DNA of 63,515 nt, filler included, from Chthonomonadaceae bacterium (GTDB lineage: Bacteria; Armatimonadota; Chthonomonadetes; Chthonomonadales; Chthonomonadaceae): the NCBI GenBank assembly GCA_035650735.1. It is 5 parts of 5 records of this genome, joined end to end, with 100 filler letters (N's around TTAATTAATTAA, not from the genome) between each part and the next. Parts side by side here need not be neighbours in the genome. Positions count along the whole stretch, not along the records: positions 1 to 22,596 come from DASRGZ010000050.1; 4 more parts are not named here. One strand, given 5' to 3'. The notes under the pieces are model-generated. The model had not been told where the DNA came from. It saw only the letters and a program-made list of their open reading frames with translations, and did not search any database. Position numbers and translations under genes: made by a program. This document shows positions 9,372-19,118 of the stretch, one piece after another (the first letter of the stretch is position 1; each line of letters begins with the position of its first letter).

Positions 9372-11480
9372 TTACAGCGCAGAGCCTGGTAAGCCAAACA
9401 GGACGCGTACCCTGGCCCCGCCTTGTGCCCGGTTCTCGCAGAGGACTTGTCCGGCTAAATCGGTACGCACCAGGCTCTCGACCAGTTCCAAGCCGGTGTT
9501 AGCCGAGGCGACCGGATCAAAATTTGCTGGAAAGCCCGGCCCATCATCGCAGACCTCTAAGACCGCCTGTCCATCCTGAACCGAGAAACTCACTTCCGCG
9601 CTGTTCTTGCCATGCTTGAGCGCGTTGGAAACAAGCTCATTCAGGACCAGCGCCAGCGAAATGCACTGTTTGGAGGCAATCTCCACATCGGCGATCTCGA
9701 AGCGCACCGTCTGTTTCCAGGCGGTCTGTTGCAGCATAGGCACAAGCTTATCTAAGACGGCTTTGGTCGAGATACGCTGCTCATCCTCGGTTTCCTTGAG
9801 GCTTTTGGTAAGCAGGTCATGCACAATGGCCAGGGTGCAGACATAGGACTTTAAACGCTCAAACTCCTCCAAAGGAATAGCTTGATCCACCTTGTATTCC
9901 AGGGCCTGCATTTCAATCATGGCAGCAATGATCTGGAGATTATTCTTGACGCGGTGATGCGTCTCGGTCATCGCCCGCTTCAGACGCGCATTCAACGCCT
10001 CCAGTTGTCGCTGCTGCTGCTTGGCCTGGGTGATGTCCCTGGCAATTGTGGAAGCCCCGACGACCTTACCATAGCTGTCTTTGATGGGGGAGATGGTCAC
10101 AGACACATCAATGTACCTGCCATCCTTGCGTACCCGCACCGATTCGAAATGATCGATCCGTTCGCCGCGCCGCAGCCTGGCCAGGATTTCATCCTCTTCT
10201 TGATAGCGATCCGGCGGAAAGACAATGAGCTTGGGCCTGCCGATGGCCTCCTCTGCCGTGTAGCCGAAAATACGCTCGGCCCCTTTGTTCCAGGAGGTGA
10301 TAATGCCTTCCAGGGTCTTGCCGATGATCGCATCGTCCGAAGAGTCGACAATGGCGGCCAGTCGCTGCTGGACTATCTCTGTCTCCCTGAGGTAGGTGAC
10401 ATCGCGGGTAAAGCAGCGCGTGTAAAGGAACTTCCCGTCTTCTACGTAGGCATTGGAGTGAACCAGCACGTGCTTGATCGAGCCGTCTTTGCAGCGCATT
10501 CTCGCCGGGCAGTTGTAGAGGGGCTCACCGCACCGCAGTTTTGCTAGCATTCCCTCAAGGACATCTTGGTCTACATGGAACTCGGAAATATGGTGGCCGA
10601 TATACTCTTCCGGCTGGTATCCGAGCAATTCCAGTTCGGCTCTATTAGCCCACTGGATGATTCCATCCGGGCCGACTTTGTGGATGCCCTCCAGGGCGTT
10701 GTCAAAGAAGTCGGCAAGCTCGCGCTCGCGTTGGGAAAGCGCCTTCTCGACTTCCTTGCGGTAGGCGACTTCGGCTTCAAGGGCCCTGGCCTTCTGTTGC
10801 AGGTGAGCAATTTCGCGCAGCCGCTCGTCGGGGTCGGGGAGCGCAACATAGCTTTCTGCCGGAATGACGCGGGAGTGCTGCGTACAAATGTGGGTGAACG
10901 GCACGGTATGCGCGGTACCGCCGAAGCCATCCATGGAATACGCACAGAACAGACAGAAGGTCTGGGTGTTGGCCAGCTCATTCCAGAGCTCTTCTAAGCG
11001 GATCGCCGCCGCCTCATTGCCTTCCGACCAGAGCAGCGCTACCATCTCCCCGAAGGCGCGTACCCGCCTGCCTCCTTCGGCAGCCTGGACTACCACACGG
11101 CCCACCGTATCCTGGAAGCAGCGCGGTTCCGGCATCCCCTCGTACATGAAACTCGCCAGGGTTTCCGCCGCATCCAGCGCCACATACTGTCCCTGCGCCC
11201 GCGCGGTGACTAGGTCAAGGCCATGCGTCTTCAGCTTTGCCTCTATCCCCACGCGGTGCGCGGACGTGGCGATAACGATACAGCCCTCCCCCTTCTCAAG
11301 GCCCGCCGCGATGAAGCTGCTCACCGCGTCCACAAGAGAGGCATCGCTCTCGTAAAACTGGACAAAGTGATCGGAGGGTTTCATCCCCTGCCAATCCAAA
11401 GCCGGCGCGGACATACCGTTTTTGCCGTGTGGGTCTTCCAACGGCTCAGCATACTGGCCAGTATCGGGCCTCAGGTTCAT
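9372..11480 (-). CDS. Cytoplasmic sensor histidine kinase (MEDS-PAS-PAS-HisKA_2/HATPase)
   Basis: MEDS (HFVQFY, RAFGEMV, LEELWN, LFCAY), two PAS domains, HRVKNNLQ H-box, ELVSNALKHG, DDGPG. AGGAG SD before ATG 11480. Confidence 0.9.
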   Translation of the reverse strand: MNLRPDTGQYAEPLEDPHGKNGMSAPALDWQGMKPSDHFVQFYESDASLVDAVSSFIAAGLEKGEGCIVIATSAHRVGIEAKLKTHGLDLVTARAQGQYVALDAAETLASFMYEGMPEPRCFQDTVGRVVVQAAEGGRRVRAFGEMVALLWSEGNEAAAIRLEELWNELANTQTFCLFCAYSMDGFGGTAHTVPFTHICTQHSRVIPAESYVALPDPDERLREIAHLQQKARALEAEVAYRKEVEKALSQRERELADFFDNALEGIHKVGPDGIIQWANRAELELLGYQPEEYIGHHISEFHVDQDVLEGMLAKLRCGEPLYNCPARMRCKDGSIKHVLVHSNAYVEDGKFLYTRCFTRDVTYLRETEIVQQRLAAIVDSSDDAIIGKTLEGIITSWNKGAERIFGYTAEEAIGRPKLIVFPPDRYQEEDEILARLRRGERIDHFESVRVRKDGRYIDVSVTISPIKDSYGKVVGASTIARDITQAKQQQRQLEALNARLKRAMTETHHRVKNNLQIIAAMIEMQALEYKVDQAIPLEEFERLKSYVCTLAIVHDLLTKSLKETEDEQRISTKAVLDKLVPMLQQTAWKQTVRFEIADVEIASKQCISLALVLNELVSNALKHGKNSAEVSFSVQDGQAVLEVCDDGPGFPANFDPVASANTGLELVESLVRTDLAGQVLCENRAQGGARVRVLFGLPGSAL

Positions 11481-11866
11481 TGTGGATCGTCTCCTAACGC
11501 GACCAGAGTTAGATGACGGCTTGTGAAGGGAGGGAGAATAAGCCTTCTCTTCTGGAGTGGGTAGCGCAGCATCCTTCCTCAGCAGTATGCCATCAACAAA
11601 GTACAAAAGTACGATGAGTTCCCTGCTTAGAGTTCAGACGCATGTGCAGTTGGATTGGTTCCCCCAGAGTACAGCCTCTAAGAAATGACTCCATACCGTT
11701 GGTTAATTCCCAATTTCGGGGCACACACCAAATGGCAAACGCTTGAGGGAAGGTTTGACCCGGAGGAATACGTTCTTCCCATCAATAAAATGCAGAAGGT
11801 GTAATCGTCAGCCGCGCCAGCGAAGGAGGGCTCCCTTGCCGACCCGACCTCACGGCGAAGGAGGAA

Positions 11867-12448
11867 TCAAGCGGCGAAGAGAGCGGCGACAGGCAACGTC
11901 AGACCGGGCAGCGTGGCCGATTGGAGCGTCTCACTGCCTGAGTAGGTGGCGACCGTTTCGGCGCGTTCCAGGATTAAGCGCAGCACTTCAACCTTCTGGG
12001 TATTCGTATGGACACCCCAGCACTCCTGCACGCCCACGGCGCGGTAGTCGGCGAGCTTGCCTTCCAGAACGCGGCCTGTATCGCTGGGCGAAAGGACCTC
12101 CACCACCAGTTCCGGCGCGGTGGTAAGCGGAGCCGGATCGGTATCCTTCCCGCACTGCGCCAGCCGTTCGTTGCTGATGAACAGCACATCGGGCTGGCGG
12201 ATGCGCAGCGGAGCACGTCGGATGAGTATGTCACTGGGAGCGATAATTGTTTTGCCGCTATGCGTCCGGCGCTCATAGGCGTGCAATTGCTCCGCTAGGT
12301 TCAGTAATATCCCTTGATGTCGCCTGGTTGGATTGGGCATGAAGATGCGCTCTCCATCTATAATCTCATACCGCCGATTGATCTCCCCTTCCGCCATATA
12401 CTGCTCATAGGTAAGCGGTGGTGAGGTGGTTTGTGCTGCTGTAGCCAT
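11867..12448 (-). CDS. Uma2 family endonuclease
   Basis: YEIIDG, P...HQ, QPDVLFI, PELVVEVLSPS, K..DY...GV.E.W. Confidence 0.9.
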   Translation of the reverse strand: MATAAQTTSPPLTYEQYMAEGEINRRYEIIDGERIFMPNPTRRHQGILLNLAEQLHAYERRTHSGKTIIAPSDILIRRAPLRIRQPDVLFISNERLAQCGKDTDPAPLTTAPELVVEVLSPSDTGRVLEGKLADYRAVGVQECWGVHTNTQKVEVLRLILERAETVATYSGSETLQSATLPGLTLPVAALFAA

Positions 12449-12550
12449 TGCTTTCCTCCTGATTGCGCAGGTAAATGCGCCCCGGTTGGGCCTATTATAA
12501 CATACTCGGAGATTAGAGGGCAAAAAGGGGAATATCATGGGGATAAACAG

Positions 12551-14695
12551 ATGAACGCTACCGTGATCCTTTTGAGCTTCGCCTTGCTGCTGGCGAGCCT
12601 TGCCGGCGTGCTCGCCGCCGAGACGCACGCTCGACCGGACTGGCTGGTGACGCCGATGCGGGAGCCGGCCCGGCTCCTGGAGCATCCGGAGAGGAACGAG
12701 GTCGTCCTTGACAACGGCCTGATCCGCCGGACGTTTCGCACGGCCCCCAACTTTGCCACCATCGGCTACGCCAACCTGATGACGGGCGCCACCCTCCTGC
12801 GCGGCGTGAAGCCAGAGGCTATTCTGGAACTGGACGGCAAGCGGTACGAGGTCGGCGGTCTTAAGGGCCAGCCCGATTATGCCTATCTCGATCCGGCGTG
12901 GCTGGAGCAGATGACGTCCAGTCCGGAGGCGTTCCAGTTCGCGGGCTACCGCATCGGCAAGCCGGAGGCGCGCTATCCCTGGAAACGGGAGCGTCACGCC
13001 GAGGGCCGTCCCTGGCCCCCGCACGGCGTCGCGCTCACCGTAGATTTCCGGCCCCCGGAAAGCCTCCGCGCCGCCCACGACGGCCTACGCGTCTCCCTTC
13101 ACTACGAACTCTATGACGGCATTCCCGCGCTGGCAAAATGGGTGACGGTCACCAACGGCAGCGGCAGAGAAGTGACCCTGGACGCCCTGGAGAGCGAGAT
13201 ACTGGCGGTCAACGAGCAGGAGAAGCGCCGCCTGCATGTCGAGAGCGACTACGCCTTCTTTATCGCCGGAACCGGCCCGCCTGCTCTCCATACGACCTTC
13301 TGGGGGCCGGATCAGGAGTACACCACCCAGATAGACTATGACTACCAGTTGCCGGTGCTGCTGACGGAGAAATACCCGCTGGGGCCGGGCGTGCGTCTCC
13401 GGCCCGGCGAAACGTTCGAGTCTTTCCGCGCCTTTGAGCTGCTCTACGACAGCGACGACCGGGAGCGGCAGGGATTGGCCCGACGCCGCCTGTATCGCAC
13501 GCTCGCGCCGCAGGTGACGGAGAACCCAATCTTCATGCACGTGCGCAGCGCCGACCCGGCTGCCGTCCGGCTGGCGATAGACCAATGCGCGGAGGTCGGC
13601 TTCGAGATGGTCATCCTGACCTTCGGCAGCGGGTTCAACGTCGAGAGCGAAGACCCGGCCTACATCGCCCGGATGAAGGCGCTGGCCGACTACGCCCGCA
13701 GCAAGGGCATCGAGCTTGGCGGCTACACTCTGATGTGCGCCTCGCGGGACGTGGGGCCGGAAAACGATTGCATCGCCCCGGAGACGGGCAAGCCGGGCAG
13801 CAAGTTCGGGCAGAGTGCCTGCCTGGCAAGCGAATGGGCCGACGGCTACTTCCGCCGCGTCCTGAACTTCCTGGACGCGACCGGCATGAAGGTCATCGAG
13901 ACAGATGGGCCGTACCACGGCGACGTCTGCGCCTCCACCACCCATAAGCACCATCGCGGCCTGGCCGACTCGCAGCGGCGGCAGTGGCAGGCGTGCGCGA
14001 ACTTCTACCACGAGTGCCGTCAGCGCGGCATCTACATCAACACGCCGGATTGGTACTACCTTGCCGGCAGCAATAAGTGCGCGATGGGCTACCGGGAGAC
14101 CAACTTCAGCCTGCCCCGCTGGCGGCAGATACTCATCGCGCGCCAGAACATCTATGATGGCACGTTCGAGAAGGCGCCTAGCATGGGCTGGATGTTCGTG
14201 CCGCTGGTGGAGTATCACGGCGGCGGTGCGGCGGCGACGCTCGAACCGCTCTCCGAGCATCTGGCCGAGTACGAGTGGCACCTGGCGCAGAACTTCGGCA
14301 GCGGCGTCATGGCGGCCTATCGTGGCCCGCGCCTCTACGATACCCCCCAGACCCGATCCGTCGTCAAGAAGTGGGTGGACTTCTACAAGCGACACCGCCC
14401 GATTTTAGATTCGGACATCCTTCACGTTCGCCGTCCCGACGGGCAGGGGCTAGACTGCATTCTCCACGCCAATTCCCAGACGAAAGAGCGCGGCCTGGCC
14501 CTGGTCTACAACCCCACCGACCAGGAGATAACGACGACCCTGACGCTGCCGCTCTACTATACCGGCCTGACGGAGACGGCGCGCATTCGCCAGCAGGATG
14601 GCCCGCCGCAGGTGTACCGGCTCGACCGGGAGTACAACATAGCGGTGCCGATCAAGGTCGCAGCCAAATCCATCACCTGGCTCGTGGTCGAATGA
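12551..14695 (+). CDS. Secreted alpha-galactosidase-like (GH36-related) protein
   Basis: N-terminal signal peptide; IDQCAEVGFEM, FGSG, ETDGPY and YRGPRLYD motifs. Family call is approximate. Confidence 0.65.
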   Translation: MNATVILLSFALLLASLAGVLAAETHARPDWLVTPMREPARLLEHPERNEVVLDNGLIRRTFRTAPNFATIGYANLMTGATLLRGVKPEAILELDGKRYEVGGLKGQPDYAYLDPAWLEQMTSSPEAFQFAGYRIGKPEARYPWKRERHAEGRPWPPHGVALTVDFRPPESLRAAHDGLRVSLHYELYDGIPALAKWVTVTNGSGREVTLDALESEILAVNEQEKRRLHVESDYAFFIAGTGPPALHTTFWGPDQEYTTQIDYDYQLPVLLTEKYPLGPGVRLRPGETFESFRAFELLYDSDDRERQGLARRRLYRTLAPQVTENPIFMHVRSADPAAVRLAIDQCAEVGFEMVILTFGSGFNVESEDPAYIARMKALADYARSKGIELGGYTLMCASRDVGPENDCIAPETGKPGSKFGQSACLASEWADGYFRRVLNFLDATGMKVIETDGPYHGDVCASTTHKHHRGLADSQRRQWQACANFYHECRQRGIYINTPDWYYLAGSNKCAMGYRETNFSLPRWRQILIARQNIYDGTFEKAPSMGWMFVPLVEYHGGGAAATLEPLSEHLAEYEWHLAQNFGSGVMAAYRGPRLYDTPQTRSVVKKWVDFYKRHRPILDSDILHVRRPDGQGLDCILHANSQTKERGLALVYNPTDQEITTTLTLPLYYTGLTETARIRQQDGPPQVYRLDREYNIAVPIKVAAKSITWLVVE

Positions 14696-14816
14696 AAGGT
14701 CTACTTAAACCTCCTCTCCGGAACCGGGCCGTGAGATTGACCGAAGCGATAGCTCAAGGCGAGACTTCACTGCAAATTTGTATATATTTTTTCTGGTGGG
14801 TCGGGCGATCTTGAGG

Positions 14817-14845
14817 TTGCGTTTGGGCGCAGGCTTTGGTATAAT
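14817..14845 (+). promoter_or_regulatory. Sigma70-type promoter for SRP RNA/dnaX
   Basis: TTGCGT-17 nt-TATAAT with a TG extension. Confidence 0.7.
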
Positions 14846-14860
14846 GAGGGTGCATATAGC

Positions 14861-14984
14861 GCGCGGCGTTGAGAGCCGGGCCAGGCGCAGCGGCAGGCTG
14901 ACGAACCGTGTCAGAGCCGGAAGGCAGCAGCACTAAGTTTGACCTCCCGTGTGCGTTCTGCCAACCCGGCTCTGAGCGTCGCGC
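14861..14984 (+). ncRNA. ffs: Signal recognition particle RNA (small bacterial type)
   Basis: Helix-8 motif GTCAGAGCCGGAAGGCAGCAGCAC; closing stem gcgcggcgtt-gagagccggg / cccggctct-gagcgtcgcgc; position upstream of dnaX as in Firmicutes. Confidence 0.92.
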
Positions 14985-14992
14985 AATTCGTA

Positions 14993-15069
14993 AGGGGAGT
15001 AGGGAATAGGGAGCGGGCAGTAGGGATCAATCCCCACCCTACTCCCTATTCCCTACTTCCTACTCCCCT
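14993..15069. repeat. Inverted heptamer (TAGGGAG/CTCCCTA) hairpin with no enclosed gene
   Basis: aggggagtagggaatagggag... pairs with ...ctccctattccctacttcctactcccct; ends 6 nt before the dnaX ATG. Confidence 0.85.
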
Positions 15070-15075
15070 CTGACT

Positions 15076-17124
15076 ATGGCTTACGTCGCCCTCTATCGCA
15101 AATACCGCTCGCAAAGCTTCGGCGAACTGATGGGGCAGGAACAGGTGACGCGCACCCTGCAAAATGCCCTCAAGACCGGACGGGTCGCGCACGCCTACCT
15201 GTTTCACGGTGCGCGCGGCTGCGGCAAGACCTCTACCGCCCGCCTGCTCGCCCGTGCCCTCAACTGCATTGCCCAGGATGGTCCTACCCCGGAGCCCTGT
15301 GGAGAATGTCGCCTGTGCGTCAGCATCCGCGATGGCGCCTGTATGGACGTCGTTGAGATGGATGCCGCCTCTGAGACGGGCATTGACGATGTGCGGGATA
15401 AGATCATTGAGAACGTCCAATACGCGCCTGGCGAGGCCCGCTACAAGGTCTACATCATTGACGAGGTCCATGACCTCTCGGCCAAGGCCTTCGACGCCCT
15501 GCTCAAGACCCTGGAGGAGCCGCCCCCGCACGTCGTCTTCGTGCTGGCCACCACCGAAATCCACAAGGTCCCCATCACCATCCGCTCCCGCTGCCAGTTA
15601 TACCCCTTCAAGCGCGGCACCTTGCAGGACCTTGCGGCGGCAGTGCAGCGCGTGCTGGAGGCGGAGGGCCACACCGCCGAGCCGGAGGCCATCCAGGCCA
15701 TTGCCCGCAGCGCGGAAGGCTCCTGGCGCGACGCGCTCTCCCTGCTGGAGCAGGTGCTTGCCTATTCGGACGGGCACGTGACCGCCGAGACGGTACATCA
15801 GGCCATCGGCACGGTCGGATTTGAGACGCTGGCGCGGGTGACGGAGACGCTGGCGCGCGGCAACTGGGACGAGACGCTGGCCGTCGCCGCCGAACTGATT
15901 GATAGCGGCAAGGACGTGCGCCAATTGCTGACCGCCCTCTCCGGCCACCTGCGCGACCTGATGCTGATTTCAGCGGGCGCAAAGCGGGCGGCAGCACAGG
16001 AGTTGGGCGAGGAGCGCCTGGCGCTGCTGACGCCCCAGGCGGCCCTCTTCGATCCGCCGACCCTGCTGGCGATGATGGGCATCCTCGCCGAGAAAGAGAA
16101 GGAGATTCGCTTCACGAACCAGCACCGCTGGCTGCTGGAGCGCACGCTACTGGCCTTAATGCCGGCCAATCAGGGAGCGCCCGTTAATAATACCGATCTG
16201 GCAGTTGAGCGGGCAAGCGCCATCTCTGCCCCGGTGCCGCAGGCTGCCGCCCCACGGCCTCTAGCCGCCACACCGACATTCGTACCTAAGCCGCCGGTCC
16301 CGGAGGTGTCTCCGGTCAAAGAAACACCCTTTATCGCGGCGGAAGAGGACGAAAGCGATCTGGCGGAGGAGCCGGTAGAGATAGCGAGCGCCAAGCCTGA
16401 TCTTGCGCCTGCGCCCTCCCTGACCGTCACTCCTCCCCCTGCCGCGCCCGTTGGGGAACCGCTGCCGTCCGGTAAGCCAGCAGAGGCCGCCCCGACGCCC
16501 GCGCCCGCCAGCGCAGCCCGCTTCGCCGAGGACGTGACGCTGGAGGTTGTGCAGCGCGCCTGGCCGCGCATCCTCAGGTTAATCAAACAGAAAAGTCCCG
16601 CCGGGGTCATTCACCTGGAAAAAGCCCAGGTCGTCGCCTTGCAGGGTAAGACCATTGTCCTGGCCTTCTCCGACTCGTTTGCCCGGGACCGCATTCAGAA
16701 CAAACCCAAAGGGCGAGAGCTGGTCGAAGAGAAGATCAACGAGGGGCTGAACAGCGAGGGCTACAGGATACGCTGCGAACTGCTGGGGCAGAATATCGCG
16801 GAAGCGGCGGCTGCGCCTGCAGCCACAGCCTCAGCTTCGGCCCCCCCCGCGACGGGAATGCCGACGCTGCTGGAAGCGCCTCCCGCTCTCACCGGCCCGA
16901 CGCGTATCGCCGACTTTGAAGCGCCTGCTGCGCTGGAGCCGACTCCTGCCACGTACAACGGCAATGGCACGCATGGCGACGCCCCCGTGGAGCCGCCGCC
17001 CTCCATTACCACCCAGCAACCGCAGGACCAATCCCCTCCGCCGGGCAAGAGCCTGCTGACGGAGACGCTGGAGCTTTTCGGCGGCGAGGTTGTCAGATCG
17101 GAAAGGATGGCTAACGATGCCTAA
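15076..17124 (+). CDS. dnaX: DNA polymerase III subunit gamma/tau
   Basis: LYRKYR, GARGCGKT, zinc module, IIDEVH, SRC motif, Pro/Ala linker and C-terminal domain. Confidence 0.97.
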   Translation: MAYVALYRKYRSQSFGELMGQEQVTRTLQNALKTGRVAHAYLFHGARGCGKTSTARLLARALNCIAQDGPTPEPCGECRLCVSIRDGACMDVVEMDAASETGIDDVRDKIIENVQYAPGEARYKVYIIDEVHDLSAKAFDALLKTLEEPPPHVVFVLATTEIHKVPITIRSRCQLYPFKRGTLQDLAAAVQRVLEAEGHTAEPEAIQAIARSAEGSWRDALSLLEQVLAYSDGHVTAETVHQAIGTVGFETLARVTETLARGNWDETLAVAAELIDSGKDVRQLLTALSGHLRDLMLISAGAKRAAAQELGEERLALLTPQAALFDPPTLLAMMGILAEKEKEIRFTNQHRWLLERTLLALMPANQGAPVNNTDLAVERASAISAPVPQAAAPRPLAATPTFVPKPPVPEVSPVKETPFIAAEEDESDLAEEPVEIASAKPDLAPAPSLTVTPPPAAPVGEPLPSGKPAEAAPTPAPASAARFAEDVTLEVVQRAWPRILRLIKQKSPAGVIHLEKAQVVALQGKTIVLAFSDSFARDRIQNKPKGRELVEEKINEGLNSEGYRIRCELLGQNIAEAAAAPAATASASAPPATGMPTLLEAPPALTGPTRIADFEAPAALEPTPATYNGNGTHGDAPVEPPPSITTQQPQDQSPPPGKSLLTETLELFGGEVVRSERMANDA

Positions 17125-17494
17125 GAAGATTCTGGCAGTAGACGATGAACCCCACATCCGGCGTATTGTGCAGGTGGCTCTGCAGCGCGCTGGCTACACG
17201 GTGATGACCGCCTCCAATGGCATTGAGGCGTTGGAAATGACGGCGACCAAGCCCGACCTGATTATCCTGGACGTGAATATGCCCTATATGGATGGCTTTG
17301 AGGTGCTCAAAAACCTGAAAGAGAACCCCAACACCAGCACTATTCCTGTTATCATGTTGACGGCGGAGTCCGAGGATCAGGACGTCATGCGCGGCTGGGA
17401 GCAAGGCGCGGACAGCTACCTTACCAAGCCCTTCTACGAGATCGAATTGGTTCAGTTCGTCAAGCGTGTGCTCGGCCCTCCCACGACGGAATAG
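17117..17494 (+). CDS. Single-domain response regulator
   Basis: KKILAVDDE, PDLIILDVNMP.MDG, MLTA, KPF; overlaps the dnaX stop. Confidence 0.9.
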   Translation: MPKKILAVDDEPHIRRIVQVALQRAGYTVMTASNGIEALEMTATKPDLIILDVNMPYMDGFEVLKNLKENPNTSTIPVIMLTAESEDQDVMRGWEQGADSYLTKPFYEIELVQFVKRVLGPPTTE

Positions 17495-17557
17495 CGGCAG
17501 CCATGATAGAGAGCCAGGCATGCGTATTATGCTCTACCTCATTTGCGGAGGAAGTAA

Positions 17558-17710
17558 ATGGCGGAAAAAGTAGAGGAAGCGCAGGAAGTTAAAGTGCAGC
17601 GTCCCAAGCGCGCGAAGCTGACGGCGGAGGAGTCGCTAAAGCGGATGGAAGCCTTTCCTGAACGGAAGGAGCAGATCCTTGCCGCTGTCCGAGGCCGCCA
17701 CGCGGAGTAA
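17558..17710 (+). CDS. Small (50 aa) hypothetical protein, not in the ORF track
   Basis: GGAGG SD; translates as MAEKVEEAQEVKVQRPKRAKLTAEESLKRMEAFPERKEQILAAVRGRHAE. Confidence 0.6.
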   Translation: MAEKVEEAQEVKVQRPKRAKLTAEESLKRMEAFPERKEQILAAVRGRHAE

Positions 17711-17736
17711 AGAGATTCGGCAAAGGCAGCCAACCG

Positions 17737-18507
17737 ATGGCAAAGCGTATCCTGGTTGTGGACGATGAGCGCCATATTGCGCGGCTTGTGCAGGTCAACC
17801 TGGAACGCGCCGGATACGTGGCTGTCACGGCAACAGAGAGCCAGGAGGCTTTGCGCCTGGCAGAGACAGAGCGGCCCGATCTCATCATTCTAGACGCGGT
17901 GTGGCTGCATAGAGACGACTACGCGTTTCTGCTCCAGTTGCGCAAAAACCCGAACACGCGTCCTATTCCCATCTTGATGCTTTCGCCGAAGAGACAGGAT
18001 CGCCCGGAGGATTGCGTCTATCGCGGCTGGACCGGGAGCGGGGTAGCAGCCCATCTCTTCAAGCCCTTCTCGGCGCAGGATTTAATCAGCCTCGTAGAAC
18101 GTATTTTAGAGAGTAGTCCAGGCGAGTTTAGAGGAGATAATCACATGGCACGGTTTGGCGGTATGCCCGGCGGCTTCGGCGGGCTTGGCGATATGAAGAA
18201 GCTGATGGAGCGAGCGCAGAAGATGCAGGAAGACGCGGCCCGGCTCCAGGAAGAGCTCGGCACGGCGCGCTATGAGGCCAACGCGGGCGGAGGCATGGTC
18301 TCGGCGACGGTAGACGGGCACGGCCATCTAGTCGAAATTAAGATCAATCCGGTGGTCGTAGACCCCGACGACGTAGAGATGCTGGAAGACCTCATTATCA
18401 CGGCGGTCAAGGAAGCCGCCGGAAAAGCGGAGGCCGAGCAGAAGGCCCGCCTGGAGTCTATCACGGGCGGCCTGGAAGGGCTGAACCTGCCCCCCGGCCT
18501 GATCTAG
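17737..18507 (+). CDS. ybaB: Receiver domain in frame with YbaB/EbfC nucleoid-associated protein (internal start 18145)
   Basis: REC motifs in the first ~125 aa; from ATG 18145 (AGGAG SD) AQKMQ...AGGGMV...DPDDVEMLEDLI; no stop between the two parts. Confidence 0.88.
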   Translation: MAKRILVVDDERHIARLVQVNLERAGYVAVTATESQEALRLAETERPDLIILDAVWLHRDDYAFLLQLRKNPNTRPIPILMLSPKRQDRPEDCVYRGWTGSGVAAHLFKPFSAQDLISLVERILESSPGEFRGDNHMARFGGMPGGFGGLGDMKKLMERAQKMQEDAARLQEELGTARYEANAGGGMVSATVDGHGHLVEIKINPVVVDPDDVEMLEDLIITAVKEAAGKAEAEQKARLESITGGLEGLNLPPGLI

Positions 18508-18516
18508 GAAGTGACG

Positions 18517-19116
18517 ATGTTACACTATGCGAAACCGCTGGCCCGGCTGGTCGCCGAGTTAGAACGGCTGCCGGGCATCGGCCCTAAGTCGGCCCAGCGT
18601 ATGGCCTTTCACATCCTGCGGCAGCCGCAGGAGGAGGCGAAGCAGCTGGCGGAGGCGATCCTCTCGGTCAAAGAGTCGATCCGTCTGTGCAAGGAGTGCG
18701 CCAACTTCACCGATCAGGAGCTATGCGAGATCTGCCGCGACCCCAAGCGGGACCGCACGCTGATGTGCGTCGTAGCCGAGACGCGCGACCTGATCGCCAT
18801 GGAAAAGACCAACGAATACAAGGGACTGTATCACGTCCTGCAGGGCCTCATCTCGCCGATGGACAACATCGGCCCGGAACTGCTGAAAATACGGGAGCTG
18901 TTCCCGCGCGTCGCCAACGGCGTCAAGGAGGTCATCCTGGCCCTGAACCCGACGACCGAAGGCCAGACGACAGCCCTGTTCCTGGCGCAGCGCCTCAAGC
19001 CGCTCGGCGTCAAGGTAACCCAGATCGCCCACGGCCTGCCCGCCGGCGGCGATTTAGACTACGCCGACCAGGCGACGCTGATCTCGGCCCTGCAGTGGCG
19101 TCGCGAAATTCCGTAA
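18517..19116 (+). CDS. recR: Recombination mediator RecR
   Basis: LPGIGPKSAQR HhH, C4 zinc finger, Toprim (YHVLQG, ALNPTTEG). Confidence 0.97.
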   Translation: MLHYAKPLARLVAELERLPGIGPKSAQRMAFHILRQPQEEAKQLAEAILSVKESIRLCKECANFTDQELCEICRDPKRDRTLMCVVAETRDLIAMEKTNEYKGLYHVLQGLISPMDNIGPELLKIRELFPRVANGVKEVILALNPTTEGQTTALFLAQRLKPLGVKVTQIAHGLPAGGDLDYADQATLISALQWRREIP

Positions 19117-19118
19117 TA

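Noticed and set aside
11867..13078. 403-aa extended Uma2 ORF
   Set aside because: The N-terminal half overlaps the divergent hydrolase gene; the real start is ATG 12448 with an SD.
16610..16850. Programmed frameshift or slippage site in dnaX
   Set aside because: No A-AAA-AAG or A9 run is present; the C8 run at 16841 lies in a Pro/Ala linker with no supporting signal.
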